From an uncultured Clostridium sp. (GTDB lineage Bacteria > Bacillota > Clostridia > TANB77 > CAG-508), in the NCBI GenBank assembly GCA_946495655.1, contig CAMMDS010000001.1, positions 69,324 to 133,323 of the forward strand: DNA of 64,000 nt, in the 5' to 3' direction. Below the pieces are notes generated by a model. That model was given only the letters and a program-made list of their open reading frames with translations. It was not told the DNA's origin and did no database searches. Both the position numbers and the translations under genes were made by a program. Below, one piece after another: positions 1 to 8,996 of this stretch; positions within the stretch are counted from its first letter, which is position 1; each line of letters opens with the position of its first letter.

Positions 1-77
1 CCACATCACTGTTACTTAGTAAGTTAGTATCTATATCATTTTCATTATCATTTACTGTATCTGTTACTGTTACATTA

Positions 78-419
78 TCAGTTATTTTTGTTATTCCGTG
101 TTATATCATTTTTAACACTGTTATCTTTGTTATCGTTTGTTATAACATTGTTATTATTGTTAGTTTTCCACCTATTAGCCATACCTTTTTTCCCAGCTTC
201 ACTTCTCTTTTGCTTCTCTTCTTTCCACTTTTCATTGTCTCTGTCCAATTGTTGTTTAATAAAAGAGAAAGCCATTTTTGTCATTCCATCTAATTTCGCT
301 ATCTCGCCTGTCTTTTCATATTTAATTATTGCTTTTATTAATTGTCCTGCTTGTTCATCTGTAAGCAATTCAAATTGTTCTTGATAATCTAAGTATATTA
401 AGAAACTGTTTTTGTCCAT
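78..419 (-). CDS. Phage protein resembling the N-terminal domain of replisome-organiser/DUF6291-type proteins; Asn-rich tail
   Basis: ORF track. LTDEQAGQLIKAIIKY and RSEAGKKGMANRW resemble that family from memory; no search was run. Confidence 0.6.
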   Translation of the reverse strand: MDKNSFLIYLDYQEQFELLTDEQAGQLIKAIIKYEKTGEIAKLDGMTKMAFSFIKQQLDRDNEKWKEEKQKRSEAGKKGMANRWKTNNNNNVITNDNKDNSVKNDITRNNKNN

Positions 420-468
420 TGCTTTCTCCTTTCGTATAAAGGGCTAGTTTGTGCCTAGCCCTTGTTGT

Positions 469-972
469 TTAATCTTCTTTTACTACTTTAATTGGATAAC
501 CTAATTCTTTCTCTATTTCTGCTATTGTCATTTCTTTTACTTGTTTATCTTCTTTATATATAGTTGTATAGTTTGGCTCTTGTATTTCTATTATTTTGCC
601 TTCATAATAATCAAGGCTTAAATCTTCTTTAATGTTATCGTATTCGATATGATCACAGTCATTATTGCAAAAATCATTTTCTCCTACTTTTACAAAGATA
701 TTATTTTCTTCTAAATCAGTGGTAATCTTTGTTCCTATGGGCATTTTAAATAGTTCTTCTTTAGTTATTATTGCTAATCCTTCAAACATATCTTCTGTCC
801 AGTCCCAACTCATATTATCTTCTTCAATACGATATGCTTCACTATTTACAGAATAAATAGTGACTGTTTTACCTTTAAATTTTTCCATTTCATCAGCAAC
901 ATAGTATTTGAAATCATATCCTTCTTTTAGATTTTTTTTGATTTTTACTTTCTCTCCTACTTTAAATTTCAT
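469..972 (-). CDS. Hypothetical phage protein
   Basis: 167-aa ORF. Its ATG overlaps the stop of the upstream HNH remnant (ATGA). Sits within the packed - strand early operon. Confidence 0.7.
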   Translation of the reverse strand: MKFKVGEKVKIKKNLKEGYDFKYYVADEMEKFKGKTVTIYSVNSEAYRIEEDNMSWDWTEDMFEGLAIITKEELFKMPIGTKITTDLEENNIFVKVGENDFCNNDCDHIEYDNIKEDLSLDYYEGKIIEIQEPNYTTIYKEDKQVKEMTIAEIEKELGYPIKVVKED

Positions 973-1194
973 TTTCTCTTCCTCCTCTTAACTATTTTTA
1001 ATAACTCTTCTTTCTTTATAATTCCGTCATGTACTTTTCTGTGGCAAGCTCCACACAGTTCTATTAGGTTGTCCTCTACATCATCTCCACCTGATCCGTT
1101 TGCTTTTTATGTGGTGCTTGTTGGTCCAACAATTCTTTTTTCTTTCGTTTTTAGGGACTGGATTAAATGAATTTGATAAATCTGCTACTATCAT
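969..1194 (-). pseudogene. Small HNH endonuclease gene with a +1 frameshift in a homopolymer run
   Basis: The ATG at 1194 overlaps the upstream stop. It reads MIVADLSNSFNPVPKNERKKNCWTNKHHIK, then the frame breaks in the T5 run at 1104-1108. The other frame continues ANGSGGDDVEDNLIELCGACHRKVHDG...RKRK*. Together these give the HHI...NL..LC..CH HNH signature. The span is 226 nt, which is 3n+1. Confidence 0.6.
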
Positions 1195-1523
1195 TTAGCT
1201 TGTCCCCATTCTTTATCATATTGATTTTCTAATATCCTTAACTTCAATTTAGTACTATTTATAGCTTCTAAATTAGCTTGATATACCGCTTCTTTTACAT
1301 CTCTATCAAACCTTAAATTTGCTACTTCTGGAACTCCATATATAATTTGATTTATTAATGTAACTGGCATATTTTTTTCTGCTCTTAGCTTTAATGCTTC
1401 TTGCCTTAGACATACTTTATATTTTCTTTCTGCTTCTGCAAGCTCAGTACCATTTTTTCTAAGTTGTTTTACTGATATGTCTAGCTCCCTTATTAATCTT
1501 GTTATTTGTTCGTATAAGTCCAT
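1191..1523 (-). CDS. Hypothetical phage protein
   Basis: 110-aa ORF in operon context. Confidence 0.7.
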   Translation of the reverse strand: MDLYEQITRLIRELDISVKQLRKNGTELAEAERKYKVCLRQEALKLRAEKNMPVTLINQIIYGVPEVANLRFDRDVKEAVYQANLEAINSTKLKLRILENQYDKEWGQAK

Positions 1524-1531
1524 TTGACCAC

Positions 1532-2329
1532 CTACTCTATTATCTTAGTTAAATCAGTCCCTAATTCTAAATAACTATCAATTATTTTTTGTTTTAGTAA
1601 CTCATCCTCTCCAGCTTGTTTTAGAGCTTCTTGTCCAAACATATATGGACTGCTTTTATAAACAACCTCTTGGTTCTCTGGAACTACATTTTTTATTTTT
1701 GAATTTTGATTATATAATTCATCATGCCACTTATGGCTCTTGTTATTTATCTGTGAAAGCTCCAATTCTAATCTTTTTAATTGTTGCAGATTTAAATCTT
1801 CTAAGGTTGTCCATAATTCCCTATTTATAACTTCTGATAAATCAGTAACAACTACTCCTTGTTTTCTACACAACTCATTAATAGTAATTCTTACTATTTT
1901 CATTGCTTCTTCATAACTTATATACATTCCTATATAAATTTCTTCTTTTTTATTCTTTAGCTTGTATGCTTCTACTTTTGCAATATCTTGTCCACTTGCT
2001 ATACCATTGTCCACACCAAAACCACAAAATCCTAATGCTCTTCCTATAGCAGATGTCTCACAATTTTCTAACATAGATACGCTATTTACTAAGCCCTTTT
2101 TCACTTCACTTGCATATCCAGTTGCTAATTCTTTTTCATTTTCACTATAAACAGTTGCTTTTATAGTTACATCATTATCAGTTTTGTCTATTATTTCTGT
2201 AATTATTTTTCCATTTGGATTTAATTTTCTAAAAGCTAAAACCCTTTCGCTTACTTCAGCATATTTTTTACCTTTTATGTCTGTCTTTTTTATTTCATTG
2301 TTAACTCTTTCCAAATCCTTATAATCCAT
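1532..2329 (-). CDS. Phage single-strand annealing protein-like (Rad52/Sak-type, tentative)
   Basis: ENCETSAIGRALGFCGFG resembles the AxxxAxxRALxxFG annealing-domain signature of Rad52-family proteins, from memory. It sits in the early/recombination module. Confidence 0.5.
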   Translation of the reverse strand: MDYKDLERVNNEIKKTDIKGKKYAEVSERVLAFRKLNPNGKIITEIIDKTDNDVTIKATVYSENEKELATGYASEVKKGLVNSVSMLENCETSAIGRALGFCGFGVDNGIASGQDIAKVEAYKLKNKKEEIYIGMYISYEEAMKIVRITINELCRKQGVVVTDLSEVINRELWTTLEDLNLQQLKRLELELSQINNKSHKWHDELYNQNSKIKNVVPENQEVVYKSSPYMFGQEALKQAGEDELLKQKIIDSYLELGTDLTKIIE

Positions 2330-2435
2330 CTTAAATTCCCCACTTTCTTTCTTTTTCCAACTCAGCTTTTATCTCTGCGAGTTCTAAATCCCTTTCTAAG
2401 TTTGGTGTATCTTCATCTTCTTCATCTTCATACAT

Positions 2436-2663
2436 CTAAATCACACTACTTTCATATAAATATTCTTGCTGTCTTTCTTCTCTTTTTTGCTCTTCTTCTA
2501 ACCTTTCTGATACTTCTTCTTTATTGTTTTCTAAATCATATTTAATGTAATTTAAGTTATCTATGTAGTCTTTCATGTAGCATTTATCTTCTATTTCATC
2601 TATTGCATTGTCTATGTTTCTTATTAAATTATCTAGATCGTCATAAATTGCTTGATAATCCAT
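2436..2663 (-). CDS. Hypothetical acidic phage protein
   Basis: 75-aa ORF. Its stop abuts the next small ORF start. Short ORFs below the track cut-off fill the flanking gaps, e.g. 2331..2435. Confidence 0.55.
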   Translation of the reverse strand: MDYQAIYDDLDNLIRNIDNAIDEIEDKCYMKDYIDNLNYIKYDLENNKEEVSERLEEEQKREERQQEYLYESSVI

Positions 2664-2774
2664 TATTTTCTCCTTTCTTTGTCAGCATATTTCCATATCT
2701 CTGCCACTTGATTTCCTTTCTTCCTTGTGTTATACTTGTAACTAGGATTCATATTTAATTGAATTATTTTTGAG

Positions 2775-3050
2775 TTAGTTGTTAGTTTTGCGTGTGTCAA
2801 CTAGCTCTTTTATTTTTGTTACTTTATTTTCTGCTATATCATAATCGTTTACTATCTTTCCTATCTTGCTTAGTTGCTTTTCTAAGTATGTATTGTCGTC
2901 TTGTGTGTCTTCTAGTTCTGCTCTTAATTCCTTATTTTCACTACATACTTGTAAGTTTTCTTCTTTTTGTTCTGCTATTATTAGTTCTTTTTTCGTGCAT
3001 TCTTTAACGCACATATATCCTGCTACAGCCATGCCGTACAAACACCCCAA
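2775..3050 (-). CDS. Hypothetical phage protein with an N-terminal hydrophobic segment and a coiled coil
   Basis: ORF track; operon context. Confidence 0.55.
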   Translation of the reverse strand: MGCLYGMAVAGYMCVKECTKKELIIAEQKEENLQVCSENKELRAELEDTQDDNTYLEKQLSKIGKIVNDYDIAENKVTKIKELVDTRKTNN

Positions 3051-3447
3051 ACAGACAACATATTATTGCTTCCATGTTTTTCCTCCTACTTTTTTATTTT
3101 TTTCAGGATAGCATTTAATGCTATTACTTCTTTTGTTTGTTCCTCACTTCTGCCTCTTTGTCGTGGCTTTCCATACCTCAAGCACATGTTTTCTAAAATA
3201 TTTATTGCTTCTTTTAAATTCATTTCTTCTTCCATATTTTCCTCCTTTCTAAAATATGTACATTAGTAACATTGTTAAAAATATTCCGCCTACTACCATG
3301 CAGCCTAGTCCTTCACATACTGCTTGTCCTATTTTGTAATAAAATCTTTCTTGTTTGCTCATCTACCTCACCTCCTTCAAAATTGCTTTTAAACTACCTA
3401 TAACTGCTTTAAGTTCTGCATTTTCTTTTATGAGTATTTCTTTTTCT

Positions 3448-3603
3448 TTATCTTTTACATTTCCGACCTACTTTAATTCTGTATCTTCCGCCTTCGCTTT
3501 TTTGATACTCTAGCTTGCCAGAATTTATCATTTGTATTGCTACTTCATAACCTATATTATTTCTTCGCATAAATTCGTTTAGACTAATCCACTTTTCTTC
3601 CAT
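3448..3603 (-). CDS. Small excisionase-family/MerR-like HTH DNA-binding protein (51 aa, below the ORF-track cut-off)
   Basis: My own translation is MEEKWISLNEFMRRNNIGYEVAIQMINSGKLEYQKSEGGRYRIKVGRKCKR*. GGAGGG lies 6 nt upstream of the ATG. The pattern ...G.L...K.GGRYRI is typical of the excisionase-type HTH domain. Confidence 0.55.
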   Translation of the reverse strand: MEEKWISLNEFMRRNNIGYEVAIQMINSGKLEYQKSEGGRYRIKVGRKCKR

Positions 3604-3614
3604 CTCTTTCCCTC

Positions 3615-3929
3615 CTAACTTACTTCTTTTGTTTTATCTGGAAAAATGTTTAATACTTTGTACATAATGTCTCTTATATCTTCTGCCCTTTCTGCTGGTA
3701 TAATTTGCACTTGGTTATATCCTAGTGAAATTCTTGTTATAGTAGCTATTGCATCAAATATTTTGCATTGTTCTCTAGTATCTGTATATCCTTTTGAATA
3801 AAACATTTTTATAAAGTCTTGTTTTACTGTTTTCCAAGCATTATCTTTTACAAGTTCTTTTCTTGTCATTTCGTTAAGTATTTCTCTCTTTAGCTCTTCC
3901 TTTAACTTTTTTAATTCTTCTTCTGACAT
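3615..3929 (-). CDS. Hypothetical phage protein
   Basis: 104-aa ORF immediately downstream of the cro-like gene. Confidence 0.65.
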   Translation of the reverse strand: MSEEELKKLKEELKREILNEMTRKELVKDNAWKTVKQDFIKMFYSKGYTDTREQCKIFDAIATITRISLGYNQVQIIPAERAEDIRDIMYKVLNIFPDKTKEVS

Positions 3930-3965
3930 TTTTGCCTCCTTTTTTAGTTCTCTTATTGTGAACTT

Positions 3966-4160
3966 TTATGTTAAAAAAATTTCATCAGTATTAGCCGTAG
4001 GAAAATTTTTTTTAAACTCCTTGATTTTTTGTATACTTGGATTTTTTGCTCCACATTCTATTTGTTTATAAAAAGATGTTGTTATTCCCCATTTTTCAGC
4101 CATTTCTTCTTGTGTATTTTTTATAGAAAGCCTGTATTCTTTTAACTTTTCTCTTGCCAT
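3966..4160 (-). CDS. Cro-like XRE-family HTH regulator
   Basis: 64 aa. The HTH is NTQEEMAEKWGITTSFYKQIECGAKNPS. It is divergent from the cI-like gene. Confidence 0.8.
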   Translation of the reverse strand: MAREKLKEYRLSIKNTQEEMAEKWGITTSFYKQIECGAKNPSIQKIKEFKKNFPTANTDEIFLT

Positions 4161-4343
4161 TTTTATTTCTCCTCCTTTCTAGTTCACCCATAGTATAATA
4201 TACTTTTAGTGAACTGTCAACACTTTTTTTAAAATATTTTTTTGGTTTCTTTAAAACCTTTGTCGCTCTAAGTAAACTTTTTTTGATTTTCTCTTGCGTA
4301 GTACACTTGTAGTGTGCTATAATAAAATATATTTGGAGGAATT
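4161..4343. promoter_or_regulatory. Prophage genetic-switch region with divergent promoters and palindromic operators
   Basis: Rightward promoter is TTGCGT (4294-4299), an 18-nt spacer, then TATAAT (4318-4323). The near-palindrome AGTACACTTGTAGTGTGCT fills the spacer. A second inverted repeat, AGTTCAC...GTGAACT, spans a TAGTATAAT element nearer the cro-like gene. Confidence 0.5.
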
Positions 4344-4673
4344 ATGATGAATAGAATAAAATTTTTACGAGAAGAACTGCACATGACACAACAAGAATTA
4401 GCAGACAAGCTTGATGGTGCTAAAAGTACTGTTGCTATGTATGAAAAAGGCGACAGAAAACCTAGCATGGAAGTTTTACTAAAATTATCCGAAATATTTG
4501 ATTGCAGTATAGATTATATACTCGGTAAATCAGATATACGCAATCCAGAGAATATAAAAAATATTCCACATGCTAATGCTGGTGGACTTGATACTAATGG
4601 GCTAGATGAAGAAGATTTACTTGAGCTACAAAGACAAATTGATTATATTAAAAAAATGAAAAATAAAAAATAA
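4344..4673 (+). CDS. cI/ImmR-like XRE-family HTH repressor
   Basis: The HTH is MTQQELADKLDGAKSTVAMYEKGDRKPS. GGAGGA RBS. It occupies the lysogeny-module position. Confidence 0.85.
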   Translation: MMNRIKFLREELHMTQQELADKLDGAKSTVAMYEKGDRKPSMEVLLKLSEIFDCSIDYILGKSDIRNPENIKNIPHANAGGLDTNGLDEEDLLELQRQIDYIKKMKNKK

Positions 4674-4692
4674 AAGAAAAGGGGAAATATTT

Positions 4693-5754
4693 ATGGAATT
4701 TGAAGAAAAACTAAATCAATTTACAGAAAGAGTTAATAAGATTAAAGACTCTATTAATACCGAAGAAGCAACAAAAACATCATTGATAATGCCATTTTTT
4801 AGTTTACTCGGATATGATGTTTTTAATCCTAATGAATTTACACCAGAATTTACTGCTGATGTAGGTATAAAAAAAGGTGAAAAGGTTGATTATGCAATAA
4901 CAATAAATGGACAACTGACAATTTTAATTGAAGCCAAATCTATAAATGAGAATTTGCAAAAACACAGTTCTCAACTATTTAGATATTTTGGTACAACCTC
5001 TGCAAAAATAGGAATATTAACAAACGGAATTACTTATAAATTTTATACGGATTTAGAAGAAATTAATAAAATGGATACTACTGCATTTCTTGAAATAAAT
5101 ATTTTGGATCTAAAAGATAATGATATAATTGAATTAAAAAAATTTTGCAAAGAAAATTTTGATATAAATTCAGTCATAAGTTCTGCATCAAATTTAAAAT
5201 ATGCTAATTCAATAGAAAAAATATTGTCCGAAGAATTTTCTAATCCTAGCGACGATTTTGTAAGATTAATATTGAATAAAGGTGTATATGAAGGTGTTAA
5301 AACTCAAAATATAGTAGATAAATACAAGCCTATATTAAAAAAGTCTATTAGTCATTTTGTAAATAATCTTATTAACCAAAGACTTCAAAGTGCTATAAAC
5401 AGTTCTGCAACAGAACCATCTGATGAAGTTAATGTTGATAATATGTCTGATGAAAATAATATTGTGACTACTACTGAGGAATTAGAAAGTTATTATACTG
5501 TTAAATCTATTTTATCTGAGTTCGTTAATCCTTCTGAACTTTATTATAAGGATACATATAGCTATTTTGGAATATTATATGAAAACAAAGTTACTAAATG
5601 GATTTGCCGAGTATATTTAAAGGAAAATATAAAATATGTTATTATTCCAGATGAAGATAAAAAAGAAATAAAATATGAAATTAACAATGTTTCTGATATA
5701 TATAAATTAAGAGAAAAATTAATTATGCGATTAAACAATTTTATAAAAAAATAA
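4693..5754 (+). CDS. PD-(D/E)xK nuclease-like protein with an HsdR-N-terminal-type domain; the C-terminal ~200 aa is unassigned
   Basis: EEATKTSLIMPFFSLLGYDV...EKVDYAI...LTILIEAKS...GILTNG matches the type I restriction enzyme R-protein N-terminal domain pattern (D...E-x-K core), from memory. It lies 19 nt after the repressor gene and is probably co-transcribed. Confidence 0.6.
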   Translation: MEFEEKLNQFTERVNKIKDSINTEEATKTSLIMPFFSLLGYDVFNPNEFTPEFTADVGIKKGEKVDYAITINGQLTILIEAKSINENLQKHSSQLFRYFGTTSAKIGILTNGITYKFYTDLEEINKMDTTAFLEINILDLKDNDIIELKKFCKENFDINSVISSASNLKYANSIEKILSEEFSNPSDDFVRLILNKGVYEGVKTQNIVDKYKPILKKSISHFVNNLINQRLQSAINSSATEPSDEVNVDNMSDENNIVTTTEELESYYTVKSILSEFVNPSELYYKDTYSYFGILYENKVTKWICRVYLKENIKYVIIPDEDKKEIKYEINNVSDIYKLREKLIMRLNNFIKK

Positions 5755-5895
5755 AATTTCTCTTCAATAATGACAATTTGTCAATTTAATGCTAAAATGT
5801 ATATACAAATATGTTGTAGTTTTTACTACAATAGTATTAAAGAGAAATTGAGTAACATCAATTTCTCTTATTTTTGTTTATAGAGGTATCTTATT

Positions 5896-6337
5896 GTGGA
5901 ATTAATAGATTTAGAAAATATAGCTAATCGTGAAAAAATTTGCATTAGAAATTTTAAAATGAGAAAAAACAAAGCTAGAATAATTGAATATAATAACACT
6001 TGTATTTTTATGGACTATTCCCAAATACATACTTACACAGAAGAAAAATGTTTATTAGCAGAAGAGCTTGGTCACTATTATTATTCTGCTTACTACACAT
6101 TAAATTCTGATAAAGAATTTATAGACAAACAAGAATACAAAGCAATGAAATGGAAATCTCTTATTTGTGTGCCTTTAAATTCAATTTTAAGCTGTTTTTA
6201 TAAACGGAGTATATAATTTATCGGATATTGCAGAAGAATTAAATGTAGAACCTAATATGGTTGAATTTGCATACAATTATTATAAAGAGAATGGACAACT
6301 TTTTACAAATGATGAAGCATTAGAGATAATGCTTTAG
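5896..6337 (+). pseudogene. ImmA/IrrE-like protein gene, frameshifted and with a degenerate metal site
   Basis: Frame 1 ends at 6216 (...CFYKRSI*). The adjacent frame is open from 6191 and reads AVFINGVYNLSDIAEELNVEPNMVEFAYNYYKENGQLF...*, ending at 6337. The break lies in the T5 run at 6195-6199. The expected HExxH is AEELGH, so the first His is missing. Confidence 0.5.
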
Positions 6338-6369
6338 ATTTTATATAATAAAACAAACGGAGGTTTGCT

Positions 6370-7500
6370 ATGGCAAGGAAGACTAATATAGAAGTGAATG
6401 GAAAAAACTATTATAGAGTAACAAGGACAATTGGACATAGAGCAGATGGAACAGCTATACGTAAACAATTCTATGGAAACGGAATAAATGAAGCTAATGA
6501 AAAAGCTGAAGAATATATGGCGAATTTAAAATTAGGTCTCATAAACAATAATCATTTATACACTATAAATACATTATTGCCTAAATGGCTTTTTAATGTA
6601 AAAAAGATTGAGATAAAGCCAAGTTCTTTTGAGTCTTACGAAGGAACATACAGAAATTATATAAAGCCATATTTAATTGCTGATTTACCCGTTAAAGATA
6701 TCAAAAGCTTAAAAATTCAAGAATTTTATAGCGAATTAATAAGAAAAAGAATAACTGAAAATAATATAAAAAAAATACATAAACTATTAAGACAATTTTT
6801 TAGTTATGCAGAAAAAGAAGGGTATATAAGCAAAAATCCATGTACAAACGTTATTTTGCCAAAAAATAAAAAAGAAGTTACAAATATTATAAAAGAAAGA
6901 AAAACCAAATTTCAATATTTTAATGAAGAAGAAATTAAAGAACTGTTAAAATTATTTAAAAATACACGATATGAGAAAATAATACTTTTTGCCTTAGGTA
7001 CAGGAATGAGAAGAGGAGAAATACTAGGGTTACAATGGCAAGATATTGACTTTGAAAATAAAGAAATTCATGTAATACACAATTTAAGTTGTATAGCTAA
7101 TATTGAAGAAAATTCAAAAAGAGTTTATAAGGTTGAACTTCAAACTCCCAAAACTCCAAGCTCTATAAGAATTATTCCAATGTCAGAAAAAATATACGAA
7201 CTATTAAAATCATTAGAAAAGAAATCGGATTATGTTTTTAGTAGTAGAGGAACTCATCTTGATATTAAGTGGACCGAAAAATTTTGGAACAAAACATTAA
7301 AAGGAACTAATTTAGAAGGAAAAAGATTTCATGATTTAAGACATACTTTTGCTACGATGCTTCTTTTTAATGGAGCAAATCTTGTTCAAATAAAAGAACT
7401 ACTAGGACATGCTTCAATTAAATCTTCTGAAATATACTTAGAAGCATTACCTAAAAGTAAAGAAGAAATTATTAAAAGATTAGACAATATTCTGAACTGA
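6370..7500 (+). CDS. Tyrosine recombinase / phage integrase
   Basis: Catalytic-domain motifs are present: GMRRGEILGLQW, HDLRHTFATMLL, LLGHASIKSSEIYL. It is at the end of the element, 72 nt from the tuf stop. Confidence 0.9.
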   Translation: MARKTNIEVNGKNYYRVTRTIGHRADGTAIRKQFYGNGINEANEKAEEYMANLKLGLINNNHLYTINTLLPKWLFNVKKIEIKPSSFESYEGTYRNYIKPYLIADLPVKDIKSLKIQEFYSELIRKRITENNIKKIHKLLRQFFSYAEKEGYISKNPCTNVILPKNKKEVTNIIKERKTKFQYFNEEEIKELLKLFKNTRYEKIILFALGTGMRRGEILGLQWQDIDFENKEIHVIHNLSCIANIEENSKRVYKVELQTPKTPSSIRIIPMSEKIYELLKSLEKKSDYVFSSRGTHLDIKWTEKFWNKTLKGTNLEGKRFHDLRHTFATMLLFNGANLVQIKELLGHASIKSSEIYLEALPKSKEEIIKRLDNILN

Positions 7501-7528
7501 TGTGTTAAAAATGTGTTAATTATAAAAA

Positions 7529-7562
7529 TAGCAAGGTGCTACAATATATGTAACCCTTGCTA
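7529..7562 (-). terminator. Intrinsic terminator downstream of tuf
   Basis: The 8-bp stem is TAGCAAGG / CCTTGCTA. On the - strand it is followed by TTTTTAT. Confidence 0.6.
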
Positions 7563-7572
7563 TATCTATGTT

Positions 7573-8775
7573 TTATTCAATAACTTCTGAAACAACACCT
7601 GAACCAACTGTTCTACCACCTTCACGGATAGCAAATCTTAGTCCTTTTTCAATAGCTATTGGAGTGATAAGTTCAACTGTCATGTCAATGTTATCACCTG
7701 GCATAACCATTTCTGTTCCAGCTGCTAATTCAATAACACCTGTAACGTCTGTTGTTCTGAAATAGAATTGTGGTCTATATCCATTGAAGAATGGTGTATG
7801 ACGTCCACCTTCTTCTTTTGTTAGAACGTATACTTGTGCTTTGAATTTTGTATGTGGATGTATTGTTCCTGGTTTTGCTAAAACTTGACCTCTTTCGATG
7901 TCTTCTCTGTTGATACCTCTTAAAAGAACACCGATATTATCTCCAGCTTCAGCTTGGTCTAGTAATTTTCTAAACATTTCTACACCAGTAACAACTGATT
8001 TTTTAGATTCTTTAGAAAGACCAACAATTTCAACTTCGTCTTGAAGTTTAACTGTTCCTCTTTCTACTCTACCTGTAGCAACTGTTCCTCTACCTGTAAT
8101 TGTGAATACATCTTCAACAGGCATTAAGAATGGTTGATCTACTGGTCTTTCTGGTGTTGGAATGTAGCTATCTACTGCATCCATTAATTCTTTGATTGGA
8201 GCATAAACAGGATCGTTAGGATCTTTTGAATCGCTCTCTAATACTTTTAATGAAGAACCTTTTATTACTGGAATTTCATCTCCTGGGAAACCATATTCTG
8301 TTAATAGGTCTCTAACTTCCATTTCAACTAATTCTAATAATTCTGGATCATCAACCATATCGCATTTATTTAAGTAAACAACGATATATTTAACTCCAAC
8401 TTGTCTTGCTAACAAGATGTGCTCTCTTGTTTGAGGCATTGGTCCATCAGCTGCAGAAACAACTAATATTGCACCATCCATTTGTGCAGCACCTGTAATC
8501 ATGTTCTTTACATAGTCTGCGTGTCCTGGGCAGTCAACGTGTGCATAGTGTCTTTTATCTGTTTCGTATTCTACGTGAGCTGTGTTAATTGTAATTCCTC
8601 TTGCTTTTTCTTCTGGAGCACTATCGATTTGATCGTATGCTTCGAATTTTGCTTGACCTTTTAATGCTAAATATTTTGTAATAGCTGCTGTTGTTGTTGT
8701 TTTACCATGGTCAACATGTCCGATTGTACCAATGTTAACGTGTGGTTTTGTTCTTTCAAATTTAGCTTTAGCCAT
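7573..8775 (-). CDS. tuf: Elongation factor Tu
   Basis: Full-length 400 aa with [14 protein letters not shown] and NKCD motifs. Confidence 0.98.
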   Translation of the reverse strand: MAKAKFERTKPHVNIGTIGHVDHGKTTTTAAITKYLALKGQAKFEAYDQIDSAPEEKARGITINTAHVEYETDKRHYAHVDCPGHADYVKNMITGAAQMDGAILVVSAADGPMPQTREHILLARQVGVKYIVVYLNKCDMVDDPELLELVEMEVRDLLTEYGFPGDEIPVIKGSSLKVLESDSKDPNDPVYAPIKELMDAVDSYIPTPERPVDQPFLMPVEDVFTITGRGTVATGRVERGTVKLQDEVEIVGLSKESKKSVVTGVEMFRKLLDQAEAGDNIGVLLRGINREDIERGQVLAKPGTIHPHTKFKAQVYVLTKEEGGRHTPFFNGYRPQFYFRTTDVTGVIELAAGTEMVMPGDNIDMTVELITPIAIEKGLRFAIREGGRTVGSGVVSEVIE

Positions 8776-8996
8776 TTTAAATCCTCCTTTAAATTTTGGA
8801 AATTCTTATTTCCTTATTATATTTTAAAATTAAAATCTAATTATTTTAACACTTGCATTTTACATCATTTATGTAAAAAATGCAAGTACTTTATATAAAG
8901 TTATAGAAAAATGTAAACTTCCATAATTAATGTATAATTCTGTATAGTTTAATTAATTTTCAACATAATTTAACTTTATAATTTATATTATTTTAA

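Larger units (their letters stand above)
1..7500. mobile_element. Prophage or prophage remnant, integrase-proximal arm; continues beyond the left window edge
   Basis: Tyrosine integrase at the right end. Divergent cro-like (-) and cI-like (+) HTH genes. A leftward operon of small, start/stop-overlapping ORFs includes an annealing-protein-like gene, an HNH remnant and an excisionase-type HTH. The other att end is not in the window. Confidence 0.75.

Noticed and set aside
1-77. A possible partial - strand ORF running off the left edge (…VTVTDTVNDNENDIDTNLLSNSDV).
   Set aside because: No start codon could be placed and the sequence is low-complexity and Asn/Asp-rich. The fragment is too short to support a call.
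4268-4468. 66-aa - strand ORF across the prophage switch region.
   Set aside because: It is antisense to the well-supported cI-like HTH gene and spans the promoter/operator region.
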